Below, piece after piece: positions 49,756 to 62,887 of a stretch of 64,000 bases of DNA. This DNA is from the human T2T-CHM13v2.0 reference genome, Homo sapiens: assembly GCF_009914755.1 (NCBI RefSeq), contig NC_060933.1; one strand, 5' to 3'. Below the pieces are notes generated by a model that worked only from the letters and a program-made list of their open reading frames with translations, was not told where the DNA came from and did not search any database. Both the position numbers and the translations under genes were made by a program. Positions within the stretch are counted from its first letter, which is position 1. Each line of letters starts with the position of its first letter.

Positions 49756-50659
49756 GAAACAAACTGTTTGAAATTTTGTCATGCAGATTGATATCTAAAA
49801 ATTTACTGTGTCCTTACTTATTTTTATGCAATTTTAGATGAAAAAATACCTCTTAGATAAAAACTCATGATCACTTTCAGTTGGCATTTTTGTATAAATT
49901 TAAATAAGTTATTTTGTTCAATAAGGTATGTGGTCATTCATTAAATCATCTAGGAAATATTTACTGAGTTATCTCAATGTTCAGGGTAGGGGATTAAGCA
50001 AGGAGAAGGATATATCGAATCACAGTTTTTCTGAGTAGTTAATCACACACTAGCAGCAATAAGACATGCAAACAGAAACTAACACATTTCCTTGATTCTA
50101 TAATGCATTTATTTTTTACATTTAAATTGTTTTAAAATCAGGGCACATCATATACTGATGGATGCATTTCATGTGAAAGTGTTGCTTCTTTTCCCTTGAA
50201 AATTTGCTATTAAATCAACAATGGCTTCTAATCATCCAGAATGTCTTAGGAGAAAGAAACTATAATATTGCAGAAGTTAATATACCATAAATACCATGAG
50301 AGATGTCAGGAGTCTTAAAATGTTTCACCAGCTGAGATAATATAAGAAGACTATGAAGAATTTCAACAGGGTTTCGAAGAGGAGAGCAAAGAGGCTTGAC
50401 ATTCAGCAAGGATCTCCTGCCCATATATAAATGAACTTTCTTCTAATCCTCAAAACAGCTTTCAGCAGTAGGAATTATCTTCACTTCCCTGATCATACAA
50501 CTGAGGTTCAGATTAGTGAGGAGAGAAAAAAACATCTTTGACTTTCGAACCCATATGTCTCTAAATTGAAGTGTACACTCTTTTTAGAAAATAATATTGA
50601 GGGAATTCACATAGTATGACATACTACATGCAGCATATAACGTGTACTACCTACACCCC

Positions 50660-50856
50660 ATGTTCTAAATCCTATATGTAAAATAAAACTCAGTAGGTAC
50701 TAATACTAACCTCACTTTATGAATGAGAAAACCGAGACCTGAAAAAATAAAGTAAGTTTTTCAAGGTCACACAATTAATAAACAACAGAGCTGCATTCTG
50801 AACTCTTGCAGTCCGGTGAAAGAGTCTGTCTTTTTAACCACTGTGTCATGAGCCTC
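50660..50856 (-). mobile_element. MIR
   Basis: ctcactttatgaatgagaaaaccgagac...caaggtcacacaattaataa...tttttaaccactgtg. Confidence 0.8.
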
Positions 50857-50949
50857 TCAGGACAGTTTAAGCAAAACGCTTTGTCCCGAATCTCTAAGCA
50901 CCTGATTAAAAGATGCAGCCCCCTAACTTTTGATTTCCCTTTCCAAGCT

Positions 50950-51150
50950 CTACTGATCACCTTTTAACATACAATTGTAATATTTATTATGTATATAACG
51001 TAATGTTTGTTGCTACCGCCTTCAAGTAAACTCCTCAAAGAAAGATATTTTTTAATCTGCTTTGATCATGGATGTATCTTAACAGCTTGAATCACGCCTG
51101 ACACAAGGTAGGACTTCAATAGGTATTTGCTGAATAAATAAGTGATTGAT
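50950..51150 (+). mobile_element. L2 3' end
   Basis: gtaaactcctcaaagaaaga...gcctgacacaaggtaggacttcaataggtatttgctgaataaat. Confidence 0.7.
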
Positions 51151-52326
51151 TTCTGTAAAATACGAAGTGAGGATATTCAGTGAGTGAACAGTAAGTGGAG
51201 AGAAACAGAGGCATGGAAGTAAGAGTTGTGTTCTGAGACTCCGATTAGTGCAGTTTGCCTAAGGCGTCAGGTGGGAGCAGAAAATTCAGTAAGCAGATCT
51301 CCCTGAAAGGGGGGTTGAAGTCACCCAGGAACAACCACAGGAGCCTTTGGTCCCTCGCGTTTTGTTTATAGCTTGTTCAGCACTAGACACTGGAAAGGAG
51401 GGCAGGAAGACATCAAAGTAGCTGTACCGTTCATATTATTTTCTTCCTTTGGCAGCTATTTTCTCTATTTCCTGCTGACACTACAATTTCAGCGATTTAA
51501 TGATACAATTGTTTCTGAAAACGACACAGAAACAGATACCCTCAGCCATTTAATTGGCTGCCCTGAAGAAGTGGAATCTGCTGTTTTCTAATTTCATTTT
51601 TGAGGGGTTTGAGAATATGGAAAGGCTAGAAGAAAGACAATATTTACTTCCATTTAAAAAGGTAAAATCTTAGCAAGGAATTTTAAACTCAGCCCAGTTA
51701 ATTAAGGTCTGCTATTTCCATGGCATACACCAGGATATCTACGAAGAGTTTATTTGATTCTTGCAAAGATATTACTAAAACTAAAGAAGCACAGTGCTGT
51801 TAGAAAAGTCTTATTTCTTCTCCTGTACATTTTAGGTTTTGTCTACCTAGGTCTCTAGGATTGTTGTGGAATTAGCTCCTGCATCTATGCACTTGACTGA
51901 GACTTGCTACCTTCTCAATATTTGAACTAATAAATTAAATACAAGAACATTTATACTTTCTGTTGTTGAAGAAAATTTCCCTCATTCTGCAAAATGTTAC
52001 AGAAATAACATTAAAGTTGACCCAAGTTTTCCTCATTTTTCTTCTTAACATAAAAAATGAAATACTAAATTTCTAAACAGGCAAGTATATATAGTGGAAA
52101 GAATATGGTTAGTATATAAAATATTATGATATCAATGACCAGGTGCTGAAGCTAAGTATTGTGTATAAAGTAAGTATACACAATATACTAAAGATAGGGG
52201 AAGGCCTGAAAATAATTCTTCAACTTAGTTAACAAAGAAGACTCTGAAAAAAGGTTATAAGATAATAGGCAAATATACCTATATGTTATATCAAATGTTA
52301 AAAGGTGACTTTTCTTTATCACATTG

Positions 52327-54210
52327 ATAGAATAAATCAGAAAATAACATAATAATACCAATAGATCCAGAAAAAGGATTTGACAAAATCCAACTTCCAC
52401 TCATGATAAAATCTCTCAGTAAACGAGGAATAGAAGGGAGCTTCCTCAACTTGGTAAAAAATATCTATCCCACCCCCCACCACCAAAAAATATAACATAC
52501 TGAAAACATCACATTGGTGAGAAGCTCGAGGCTTTCTTTCTAAGATCAGGAATAAAGCAACAATATTCCCTCTCAATATTCATTTCAAACAATATACTGG
52601 AAATCATAGATAATATTACGAGAAAAGGAAATCAATTTACTTTGTTTGAGAAGGAAGAAATAAAACCGTCTTTGCTTGCGGATGACAAGATCACCTATGC
52701 AGAAAATCCAGAACAACAACAACAACAAAAATCTCATGGAACTAATCAGCCGTTATAGCAAGGATTCAGCACACAAGGTCAACAAAGAAAAGTCACTTTT
52801 CCTTTGATTGACAGTGATAAGTCAATCACTGTCTTAACCACCAGCAATTAACAAGTGGAATTTGAAACTAAAAATACAATATTATTTACATTAGTGCCCA
52901 AGAAAATGAAATACTTTGGCATAAATCTAACAAAATATGTATGTGATATACATGATACACACTATGAAACTCTGATGAAAGAAATTAAAAATCTAAGTAA
53001 ATGGAGAAATATTCCATGTTCAAGAACAAGAAGACTCAATGTCAACATAACAGTTCTTCCCAAATTAATCTAAATATGTAATGCAATCCCAATCAAAACC
53101 CCAGCCAGTTATATTTTGGATATTGACAAACTGATTGTTAAGCTAACATGTAGAAGCAAAAACCCAGAATAGCCAAGCCAATATAGAAGGAGAAGAACAA
53201 AGTCCAGGACTGACACTACCTGACCTCAAGACTTAATATAAAGCCACAGTACTCAAGACTGTGTGGTACTGGCAAAATAACAGATAAAAAGATCAATGGA
53301 ACAGAAAGAGCACCTAGAAACAGACTCACATAAACATAGTCAACTGATCTTTCACAAAGAAACAATTGCAAAGCAATGGATAAAAGATCACCTTTCCAAC
53401 AAATGGTGCCTGGTACAAATAGACATTACTATGCAAAAATAAATGAAAAAATGAATCTACTCACAAATCTTGCACCCTTAACAAAAGTTAACTCAAAACA
53501 TATCACAGACCCAAGTGTAAAAGCCAAAACTATGAAACTCTTACAAGATATCATAGAAGAAAATGTAGATGATCTTGGGTTTGATGATGACATTAGATAG
53601 AACAACAAAGGCATGATCCATGAAATAAATAAATGATAAACTGGAATTCGTTAAAATAAAAAATTCCAGCTGAAAAAAGACACTGTCAAGAGAATGAAAA
53701 GACAAGCCAGTGACTGTAAGAAAATATTTGTAAAAGAGATATCTGACAAAGGAATGTTATCTAAAATATACAAAGAAAAACAAAAACTAAACAATAAGAA
53801 ACAAACAACTTCATTAAAAAATGGGCCAAAGACATTAACAGGCATTTCACCAAAGAATATATACACACGGCAAATAAGCATGTGAAAAGATGCTCACCAT
53901 GTCATCAGGGAAAAGCAACTTAAAACAACATAGAGATATCAGTACGTACTTATTAGAATGGCCAAAATCCAGAATACTGAAAACACTAAATGCTGTCAAG
54001 GATGTGGAACAACAGGAACACTCATTCATTGCTGGTGGGAGTGCAAATGGCACATCCAGTTTGGAAGAGAGTTTGGCAGTTTCTTACAAAACTAAACAGA
54101 TTTTTGCCACCTAATCCAGCAATTGTGCTCCTTGGTATTTACCCCACGGAGCTGAAAACTTATGTTCACACAGAAAAACTTCATACAGATGTTTCTAGCA
54201 GCTTTATTGA
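52327..54210 (+). mobile_element. Old L1 ORF2 fragment (L1MC1-like), truncated at both ends
   Basis: Degenerate ORF2: tttgcttgcggatgacaagat covers the FADD region, ORF-track peptides include KYFGINLTK and VLPKLI, and gaaaacttatgttcacacag is L1MC-type. Confidence 0.85.
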
Positions 54211-54235
54211 TATGGTATGCTTCTAATTAATAAAT

Positions 54236-54353
54236 GTGAATACTAAAATAAGTGAAAGACTTAAGTCTTTTTTTAAAAGTGAATACTAAAATAAGTGAAA
54301 GAATACTAAATAAGTGAAAGACTTACCTGAGATTCAGAAAGGCTGAATCTCAG
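54236..54353. repeat. Micro-tandem triplication with embedded palindrome and hairpin
   Basis: gaatactaaa(a)taagtgaaaga occurs three times. The palindrome aaagacttaagtcttt is at 54255-54270 and the hairpin ctgagattcag-aaagg-ctgaatctcag at 54327-54353. Confidence 0.9.
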
Positions 54354-54562
54354 AATTTGGGTGGAAGAGAATTAGTAAGCAGAAGGAGAATACCAGTTTT
54401 GTGTGGCTCCTAAAGTGACTACCGGAAGGAAACGAGCATGAGGATTATGGGTGGGAGTTTTTTGTGGGCCAGAAAATGGTTCACATAATTTTGCCTATTT
54501 TGCATTTGCCAGAATTCAGTCACAAATAAAAAATAATATGAAAAGAGCCAGGATTAGCAAGC

Positions 54563-54651
54563 ATAGAATAAATCAGAAAATAACATAATAATACCAATAG
54601 ATCCAGAAAAAGGATTTGACAAAATCCAACTTCCACTCATGATAAAATCTC
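54563..54651 (+). repeat. Perfect 89-bp copy of 52327-52415
   Basis: atagaataaatcagaaaataacataataataccaatagatccagaaaaaggatttgacaaaatccaacttccactcatgataaaatctc is identical at both sites. Confidence 0.95.
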
Positions 54652-55729
54652 CAGTAGCCAAGAATATTAGGTCTAGGTAATATTTATGTCTGTCCTAGAT
54701 GGTTGGAAGGTTGAAAATAAAAAGAATGAATAAAAAAAATCGAGGAGGGGAGACAAAAAAGTCGACAAATAACAATCGGCAGAAACTATAAAGAGCTATA
54801 TCTAAAACAAAATACTAAGGGGACACAGGGACTAGGGTATTAGACCAGTAATGAAATCTGGAAAATACTACTAGAACTAGACTGTGAAGGAAAACTGGAG
54901 CTTTGGAAGTTGGATTTAGGGACTAAAGTCATTCTCTATAGACAGAGATGAAATGGTTCCAGATGTGCAATGAAGAAATAAATAGCCCAGGAAATTCTGA
55001 ATGGAGAATATCCATTCAAGGTCGTAGTCAAGGAGCCATCTGACAAACTAGACAAGGTGAGTTAGTTTGCGACTGCAGCAACTTCAGCAAATACTGGCAT
55101 CTACACAACCTTGCTTATTTAATTTCTAAAAAAACAAACAAAAAAGACAACAAAAACTTTCCTTTTCAACTTTATAGTTCTAAAATCGAGTGGCCCAATT
55201 TTGGTTTATTAAATGTGTGGAAAATATTGTATTAAATTACTTTAAATCACTTTTGCAAACACCATTTATGAAACAGAATTTTCCCCCTCATTATTATATA
55301 TGTACACATTTTATAATAAATTCCAAATAAAATGTTAAAGGGTGAGTATACATGTATATATAGATACAAGATACAGATATGCTATTCAACGTAGCACACT
55401 TTGCTCTTCCTGATTTATACCAAATGGATTTAGATATAGTTTCAAAGAATCATATCTATCTCTCCACTTTTCATGCATCTGAATAGGAAATTTATGTGAA
55501 CAAAACAGAGATAGTATAGTTTAATAGGTCCTAAAGAAATGCATAACATTTTAACATATGGAGGTTGTGCTCTAACAAACTTTAATACAAAACAATATTT
55601 TGTATATTCACTCATGCATTTTTTTCCTTTGCAATTTGGGAATTTAAAAAAACCAACAGTTTTATATGTAATTAAAACAATGCTTAAGTCATAAAACTCT
55701 TTTGTAATACTCAAAACTAAATCTTATTT

Positions 55730-55945
55730 ATACTTATGTGTCAGGAACTTTACCTGCATTAACTTAATTAACACTTAGAGCCAGTCTATGAGGTAGACAT
55801 TTTTACAGGTGCGGGAACTGAGGCTCAGAAACATTTGAAAACTTCTTCAAGATTATACAAATAGCAAATGGTGGAACCCACAATTTTACCCGTATAACAT
55901 TTTTTTCAGAATCCATGCTTTTGATCTCCTTGCCAAGCTGTTTCC
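55730..55945 (-). mobile_element. MIR
   Basis: ctatgaggtagacattttt acaggtgcgggaactgaggctcaga...caaatggtggaacc...aatccatgcttttga. Confidence 0.78.
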
Positions 55946-58559
55946 CATATTATATCTTTTATGTTAAAATACGTTTTCAGCAATTGCATTTTCTTAACAC
56001 TTTCCTAATATAAAATTTTTTTTAAATTTATCTTGTTGGGAAAAACGCAAACTTTTTCACTCATTTCTCCATATCAGGTATTAAAGAGTCATGAAGTAAG
56101 TTTATTCGTATCATATGAGCTTCATTCTATTTTGAGTCCAAAGACCAACTGAAAATGCATAAAAAGATTATATATGGAATACCACTGGGTCTTGCTAGCA
56201 GTATCAAAGTTATGTTAGGAAACAGTGCTGAGAAACCATGTTCATTGCCAGTTCTCAGCACAATTGGCTACCAGGAGTCATGTATAGTAAGTGCTATAGC
56301 TCAGTGCCTGCACAGCCTCACCTTTTCTGCTAATGAGTAACATTCTAGCAAGCAGAGGACTGATTCCTGAGACAGTTGCCTGAAATTTAATGCTCGATTT
56401 CTATCCATACCAATATAACTTTCAACTGATAGTCCTTCCACACGCAGACAAATGAAACTGACAAAAGACCTGTCAGTTACAAGCCAATAATGCATTTCAA
56501 CAAATAATTTTTTGTGTGCCCAGCACATACTGTGGGTATTCAGTGTTCATCCCAAAACCCCACAAGGTTGGCCTATTTTGACTTTTATCACATCTATAGA
56601 TAAAGGTGTAGTGTTATCTTTCTTTCCCACCCCAAACTGTACTCATCTTTTTATTGCAAATACCTGGCTAAAGGAAATGTCAAACCTTATATATAGAATT
56701 TACTTGAATAGGTCCTACGTCAAAGTGCTGCTTTCTTAGAAGCTCAAAACTGTTAATATGTATTGACTTAGCAAAAAGAACTCTAATGGCAAAGGCATTG
56801 CTTTTGAGAGAGATAGCCCATGTTTGGAACAGGAGAAAAAAAATACATATTTTTCTCTAAGAAAGTGAGGAGAGATTCAATATAGAATGGATAAGCTTAG
56901 CAGATATATAGCTTATAGGATAAATGAATATAAATTAAATAGAGTACATTGCTAAAGAGGACCTGGGGTCATAAATATAATGTAGACAAAAAAAAAAATT
57001 CCAACACAGAAGAAAGATTCATGGATATAAATTCAACTGAGCAAGAAAAAAGTAAATTGTTCAGAGTTCAGCTGTCATTACTTGCAAGATCATAGACAAT
57101 AAGCAGCAGAGTATCCAGGTGGTATTGTTTAGCTTTATTAGTGGATACATGTAAGTCCTGGAAGAAGGTTTGTAAAATGAGGAGAGTCCTGAAGATTAAA
57201 AAGGAATCCTCATTAGGAGAGAAGTTGATATTGGTCATCTAACATTAGGGCAGAAAATTTTCAGACCACTTTCTTCTATAAGTGTTACAACCATGCAGTT
57301 GACATTTTAGGAACTAAATCAGTCTTAATTTGCATAAAGGCTTTTTCATTGTTGTTCTTTTGTTATACAATCAAAATGCTTTAGCATAACACACCTTCTT
57401 CCTGTTTGTTTTGCTCTTCAAGAGAAAAGTAAGCATCCCTTACTTTTCCTTCCCTTCATCTGAAGTGCAAATTTAAGGTAAACAGGAATCTTCAAAGCAC
57501 AAAAAGCATTTTCACTCTGAAAGACTTCTTATCTTGGAAGAAATGAGATTCCAGGATAATAAAAAGCTATCATGATATCTATTCTCTCCCTTACTTGACA
57601 GGGATTTTCAAGATGGATCGGCAAGATAGAAAGGGAATTTATTCATTCTACCAATACTTATGAAGAAAAGGGCATTTGGGATGAAAATGGATATTGGGAC
57701 CTCCTCAAAGTTGCTATAGAAACCCGGGTGATTACAGCTAATGGTGTGGGGAGAAGTCCTGTTATCTTTAAGAGATTAACAGGAAACCTTGGTCTCATTA
57801 TTTTTTCACTCCCCACATTGCTCTGATGATAGCAATGTACAGATTAGAACCAACAAACAACAATAATAACAAAACAACACCTTCAATATCTCCTTGTTTA
57901 TAAAGTAAAAATATAATTTTGAAAATTGAGCTTCAAAAGCTTCCATCAACAAATCCCACTCCAACCTTCTGAAATAACACCTTATTCTTCATAACTATAT
58001 TCTTTGATTTAGCATATGCCATATTGACAATATATCCCTATTTATTTCCACCTTCAGGTTTCTGTTCATACTCTCCTCTCTAAAGAAAATGATTTTATAT
58101 AACTCCACATAAATACATCTCATCCAAAAAAATGCTAATTACTTGTTCAATAATTATTTCATACTACAAGAGTTAAAGTAGCCTCTGTCTTCTAAATGCT
58201 CATTCCACATTATCTGGACAAGTTCTCAATGTCTACCTGTGATACGGTTATGTACATTTGTTGTCAATGTTTTTCCCCATGTTTACAAATATCATTATAT
58301 GTAATGTTCTCATAGCGACCAGTTTTCAAAGAATTGCTAGCTGGGAGTCAATAGCAAAAGCATACCAATCTTTACAGCATATACAGGGTCAACCCAAGTG
58401 GATCTGTCACGATTTAGTTTTCTCTTAGCACCTTGAACTATGCACTGTATCACACAGCTGGCTATATCACACCAGTGTGAGATTATATACTATTTGTATT
58501 GGTCTCTTTTTGTTTTTTGTTTTTGGTTTAAGTACAAAATTGTATGATGCCAAAGGTGA

Positions 58560-58770
58560 ACATCTTCAAAGTCAGAAATATTCAGAATTAAAAACTAGCT
58601 CAGATATTAAATAGCCCTACATATTTGGATAAACTACCAACCATCCTAGAGCCTTAATTTCTTTCTACAACAGAAATAAAACCATTTTTCTTACAATATT
58701 TTTGTGAGGATTAAATAAGATGATTCACATTAAGAATCTAGGACATGGAAAGTCCTCAAATGGATGCCAA
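58560..58770 (+). mobile_element. MIR relic
   Basis: gagccttaatttctttctac...tttgtgaggattaaataagatgat. Confidence 0.6.
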
Positions 58771-58969
58771 CATCTCCTGAGCAATACTGTCAGAAGATTC
58801 CATAATTCACTTTGAAGATTTCTCCAAAGTGTATAGCAAGACTAAATCCAGGTGGCACACCATTAGTGCACTGACCATATGTGATTTAAGCAGGGATAAG
58901 AACATGGTTTCATGTTTTAAATATTATTTCTCAAATGAGAAGCTATTATTATGCAATGGATAGAATTCA

Positions 58970-59300
58970 GTTTCTTATTATCTATTTCTAGTTCACAGAT
59001 ATTACTTACTAGTTGTGTGACTTTGAGACAGGTCCTTTACTTCCTTGATTCTTCACTTCTTCACCTGCAAAAATGAGGACATTGGGCTAGATCCATTATT
59101 TTACATTAATTTTTAAAAGTATTGGTTTCTTCATTCTGTGAATAAAATTGTATGGAAGTACAAAAACTGAAAGCATTAAAAGCAGAGTTGTTCTGAATAA
59201 TACAAGGAGAAAATCTAGGACCTCCAACTTTCGGTATTGATTTGTCCATGGTTAACAGCAGATTCATGAAAAATTGTAACACTTAATCAGTTACTAAGGC
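58970..59300 (+). mobile_element. MIR3-like relic followed by a MER103-like DNA-transposon relic
   Basis: acttactagttgtgtgactttgagacaggtc...cacctgcaaaaatgagg...gggctagat, then gtatggaagtac...taaaagcagagttgttctg. Confidence 0.5.
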
Positions 59301-61033
59301 TTACTCAGAAAGTACATACAAGAAATGCCAAACGCTAGGCCACTATAGTCACAGAATATTACCTAAAGAAAAATAGCCTTTGAAGCTCCAAGAATTGTGC
59401 TGAGTACATTGTCTAATTAGCTGAAAATTATAAAGTGAAATTATACAACTTTAATGATTGAATAAAGAAAAAAATGTGGCTCATAAAAGATAATACAGCA
59501 AACAAATTAGAGTGATCAGACATTAATGTTTTGCGTTTCAAAGATAATATTGGGTGCAAAATTCATATGGATGAGTTATGTCTTCATACTTTCAATATTG
59601 TTAAGCATGTGTCAAGATGGCCACAGTATTGTAGAATGATCAGTATGCAAAAATTATGCAAGAAATCATGTAAGAAATGAAACATGTGGCTTTAGAGTTG
59701 ATAGATGGTTTTAACATTGTAACATTATAGTTCTGGGCTATTTACAAAACCTCTCTAAACTGCTGCTTATCTGTAAAATGAAAATAGCAATTTGGTCTTC
59801 TTTTCATTTGTTTGTTATTATTAAAGGATATTTGATATAGAAAGCACCAGCTGATATTGAGTTCCTAAGTAATATTAATTCTTTTTTCCCCTCTCCTTTT
59901 ATGTAGTTCCATATGTATTGTTAATATTACTCAGCATAGAGTGTTAAGCAATCTTAGCAACTCAACTTTTTAATGGTATCTTTCACAGTGGTTTCTAGCT
60001 TTCTAACCTTTTGAAGCTGTTAAAATAAAGTCAAATAATGATACTGCTGTGGCTTAAGTGTATGCTAGGATCAATAAATTGTGGTTCTTGGAATAAATTG
60101 CAATTAAAGGGATAGCACTTGATTGCTTGACAGTAGGTAGTCTTTTTGGCCCAAAGAAACTTGAGTATCAATCTGATTCATAAGCTAATTAGTATGGACT
60201 TCACTTTCATTTCACTGGAAGATCATCAGATCGTATTGACTCCTGTCCACATCATGAGTGCGCCCTTGATACTGGCCTGTGTCACTTATAGGTAACAAAT
60301 CCTCTTCACTTGTTTACTTTGCTTATTCAAGATTATAGTAAGCATTTTTAATCAAATAGAATATAGAAGAAATTTAACATGTTTGTAAATAAGCACTCTA
60401 ATAGCTCTAAAAACTTCAATACTATTGCCTGCCTTTTTACATTTCTATACATTTAGGATAAAACATGTCTTAATTCAGATATGATAAAGGTATCAACATT
60501 GTAAAGAACGATGACTGTTACTGAATCTTTGTAGCAATAGAAAAATTTATATAACAACTAATTATACACTAGAAAACACAACAGGATCGATATTTCATGG
60601 TAAATTATTTGAATTAATCTAAAAATAAAGAGTCAAAGTATTGTCCTCAAATGTATAAATACACTTACTTAGAGTATATTATTTTATTGTTCTTAATTTT
60701 CCGCACCTTCTATTCCATGTGGTGTTTTATATGTAATAAATTCCAGCATATACCTGTATAACTATTGAATGAATATAAGCCATTCAGAGACTAAAGCAAA
60801 GTAAGTTAAGCAATCCCTTGGACTGTAAATTCCATTAAGATAAATAATGTGCTTGTGTGTTTTCTTCCTCTATATTATCTACTTACCAGCATATGTCCAT
60901 CCAGAGATTAAATAAATGTTTTGAATGAACAAACTAAAAAGGTTGGATTTCTGAAAATGACTGTTTAAATATAAAGTATCTTCTCCATTTAAATAGCCTG
61001 ACCTCCATACCTCTTGTTTGTTACACACTTTTT

Positions 61034-62023
61034 ATTTTTTATACTTTAAGTTCTAGGGTACATGTGCACAACGTGCAGTTTTGATACCTAGGTACACATG
61101 TGCCATGTTGGTTTGTTGCACACATCAATTCCTCATTTACATTAGGTATTTCTCCTAATGCTATCCCTCCCCCAGCCCCCGACCCCCTGACAGGCCCTGT
61201 TGTGTGATGTTCCTCACCCTGTGTCCAGGTGATCTCCTTATTCACTTCCCACCTATGAGTGAGAACGTGCGATGTTTGGTTTTCTGTTCCTGTGTTAGTT
61301 TGCTGAGAATGATGGTTTCCAGCTTCATCCATGTCCCTGCAAAGGACATGAACTCATCCTTTTTTATGGCTGCATTATATTCCATGGTGTATATGTGCCA
61401 AATTTTCTTAATCCAGTCTGTCATTGATGGACATTCTGGTTGGTTCCAAGTCTTTGCTGTTGTGAATAGTGCTGCAATATACATATATGTGCATGTGTCT
61501 TTATAGTAGCATGATTTATAATCCTTTGGGTATATACCCAGTAACGGGATTGCTGGGTCAAATGGTATTTCTTGTTCTAGGTCCTTGAGGAATCGCCACA
61601 ATGTCTTCCACATGATTGAACTAATTTACAGTCCCACCAACAGTGAAAAAGTGTTTCTATTTCTCCACAACATCTCCAGCATCTGTTGTTTCCTGACTTT
61701 TTAGTGATTGCCATTCTAACTGGAGTAAGATGTTATCTCACTGTGGTTTTCATTTGCATTTCTCTGATGGCCAGTGATGATGAGCATTATTTTCATGTGT
61801 CTGTTGGCTGCATAAATGTCTTCTTTTGAGAAGTGTCTGTTCATATCCTTTGCCCACTTTTTGATGGGGTTGTTTGTTTTTTTCTTGTAAATTTGTTTGA
61901 GCTCTTCGTTTTCTTGTAAATTTGTTTGAGCTCTTCGTAGATTCTGGATATTAGCTCTTTGTCAGATGGGTGGATTGCAAAATTTTTCTCCCATTCTGTA
62001 GGTTGCCTGTTCATTCTGATGGT

Positions 62024-62059
<36 letters not shown>

Positions 62060-62887
62060 GCAGAAGCTCTTTAGTTTAATTAGATCCCATTTGTCTATTT
62101 TGGCTTTTGTTGCCATTGCTTTTGGTGTTTTAGACATGAAGTCCTTGCCCATGCCTATGTCCTGAATGGTATTGCCTAGGTTTTCTTCTAGGGTTTTTAT
62201 GGTTTTAGGTCTTACATTTAAGTCTTTAATCCATCTTGAATTAATTTTTGTATAAGGTGTAAGGAAGGGATCCAGTTTCATCTTTCTACATATGGCTAGC
62301 CAGTTTTCCCAGCACCATTTATTGAATAGAGAATCCTTTCTCCATTTCTTGTTTTTGTCAGGTTTGTCAGAGATCAGATGGTTGTAGATGTGTGGTGTTA
62401 TTTCTGAGGCCTCTGTTCTGTTCCATTGGTCTATATGTCTGTTTTGGTACCAGCACCATGCTGTTTTGGTTACTGTAGTCTTGTAGTATAGCTTGAAGTC
62501 AGGTAGCATGATGCCTCCAGCTTTGTTTCTTTTTGCTTAGGATTGTCTTGGCAATGTAGGCTCTTTTTTGGTTTCATACAAACTTTAAAGTAGTTTTTTT
62601 CCAATTCTGTGAAGAAAGTCTTTGGTAGCTTGATGAGGATGGCATTGAATCTATAAATTACCTTGGGTAGTATGGCCATTTTCACGATATTGATTCTTCC
62701 TATCCATGAGCATGGAATGTTCTTCCATTTGTTTGTGCCCTCTTTTATTTCATTGAGCAGTGGTTTGTAGTTCTCATTGGTCCTTCACATCCCTGGTAAG
62801 TTGGATACCTAGGTATTTTATTCACTTTGTAGCAATTCTGAATGGGAGTTCACGCATGATTTGGTTCTCTGTTTGTCTGTTATTGGA
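61034..62887 (-). mobile_element. 5'-truncated L1PA (PA6-like), about 1.85 kb
   Basis: ORF2 C-terminal peptides ([36 protein letters not shown]) and a 3'UTR. The TSD gtta(c/t)acacttttt is at 61020-61033 and 62888-62901. Confidence 0.95.
61880..61937. repeat. 29-bp perfect tandem duplication inside L1 ORF2
   Basis: ttttcttgtaaatttgtttgagctcttcg occurs twice. Confidence 0.92.

Noticed and set aside
54236-54325. Repeat units with intervening sequence resembling a CRISPR array
   Set aside because: There are only three AT-rich units with no regular unique spacers, in primate DNA with no cas genes.
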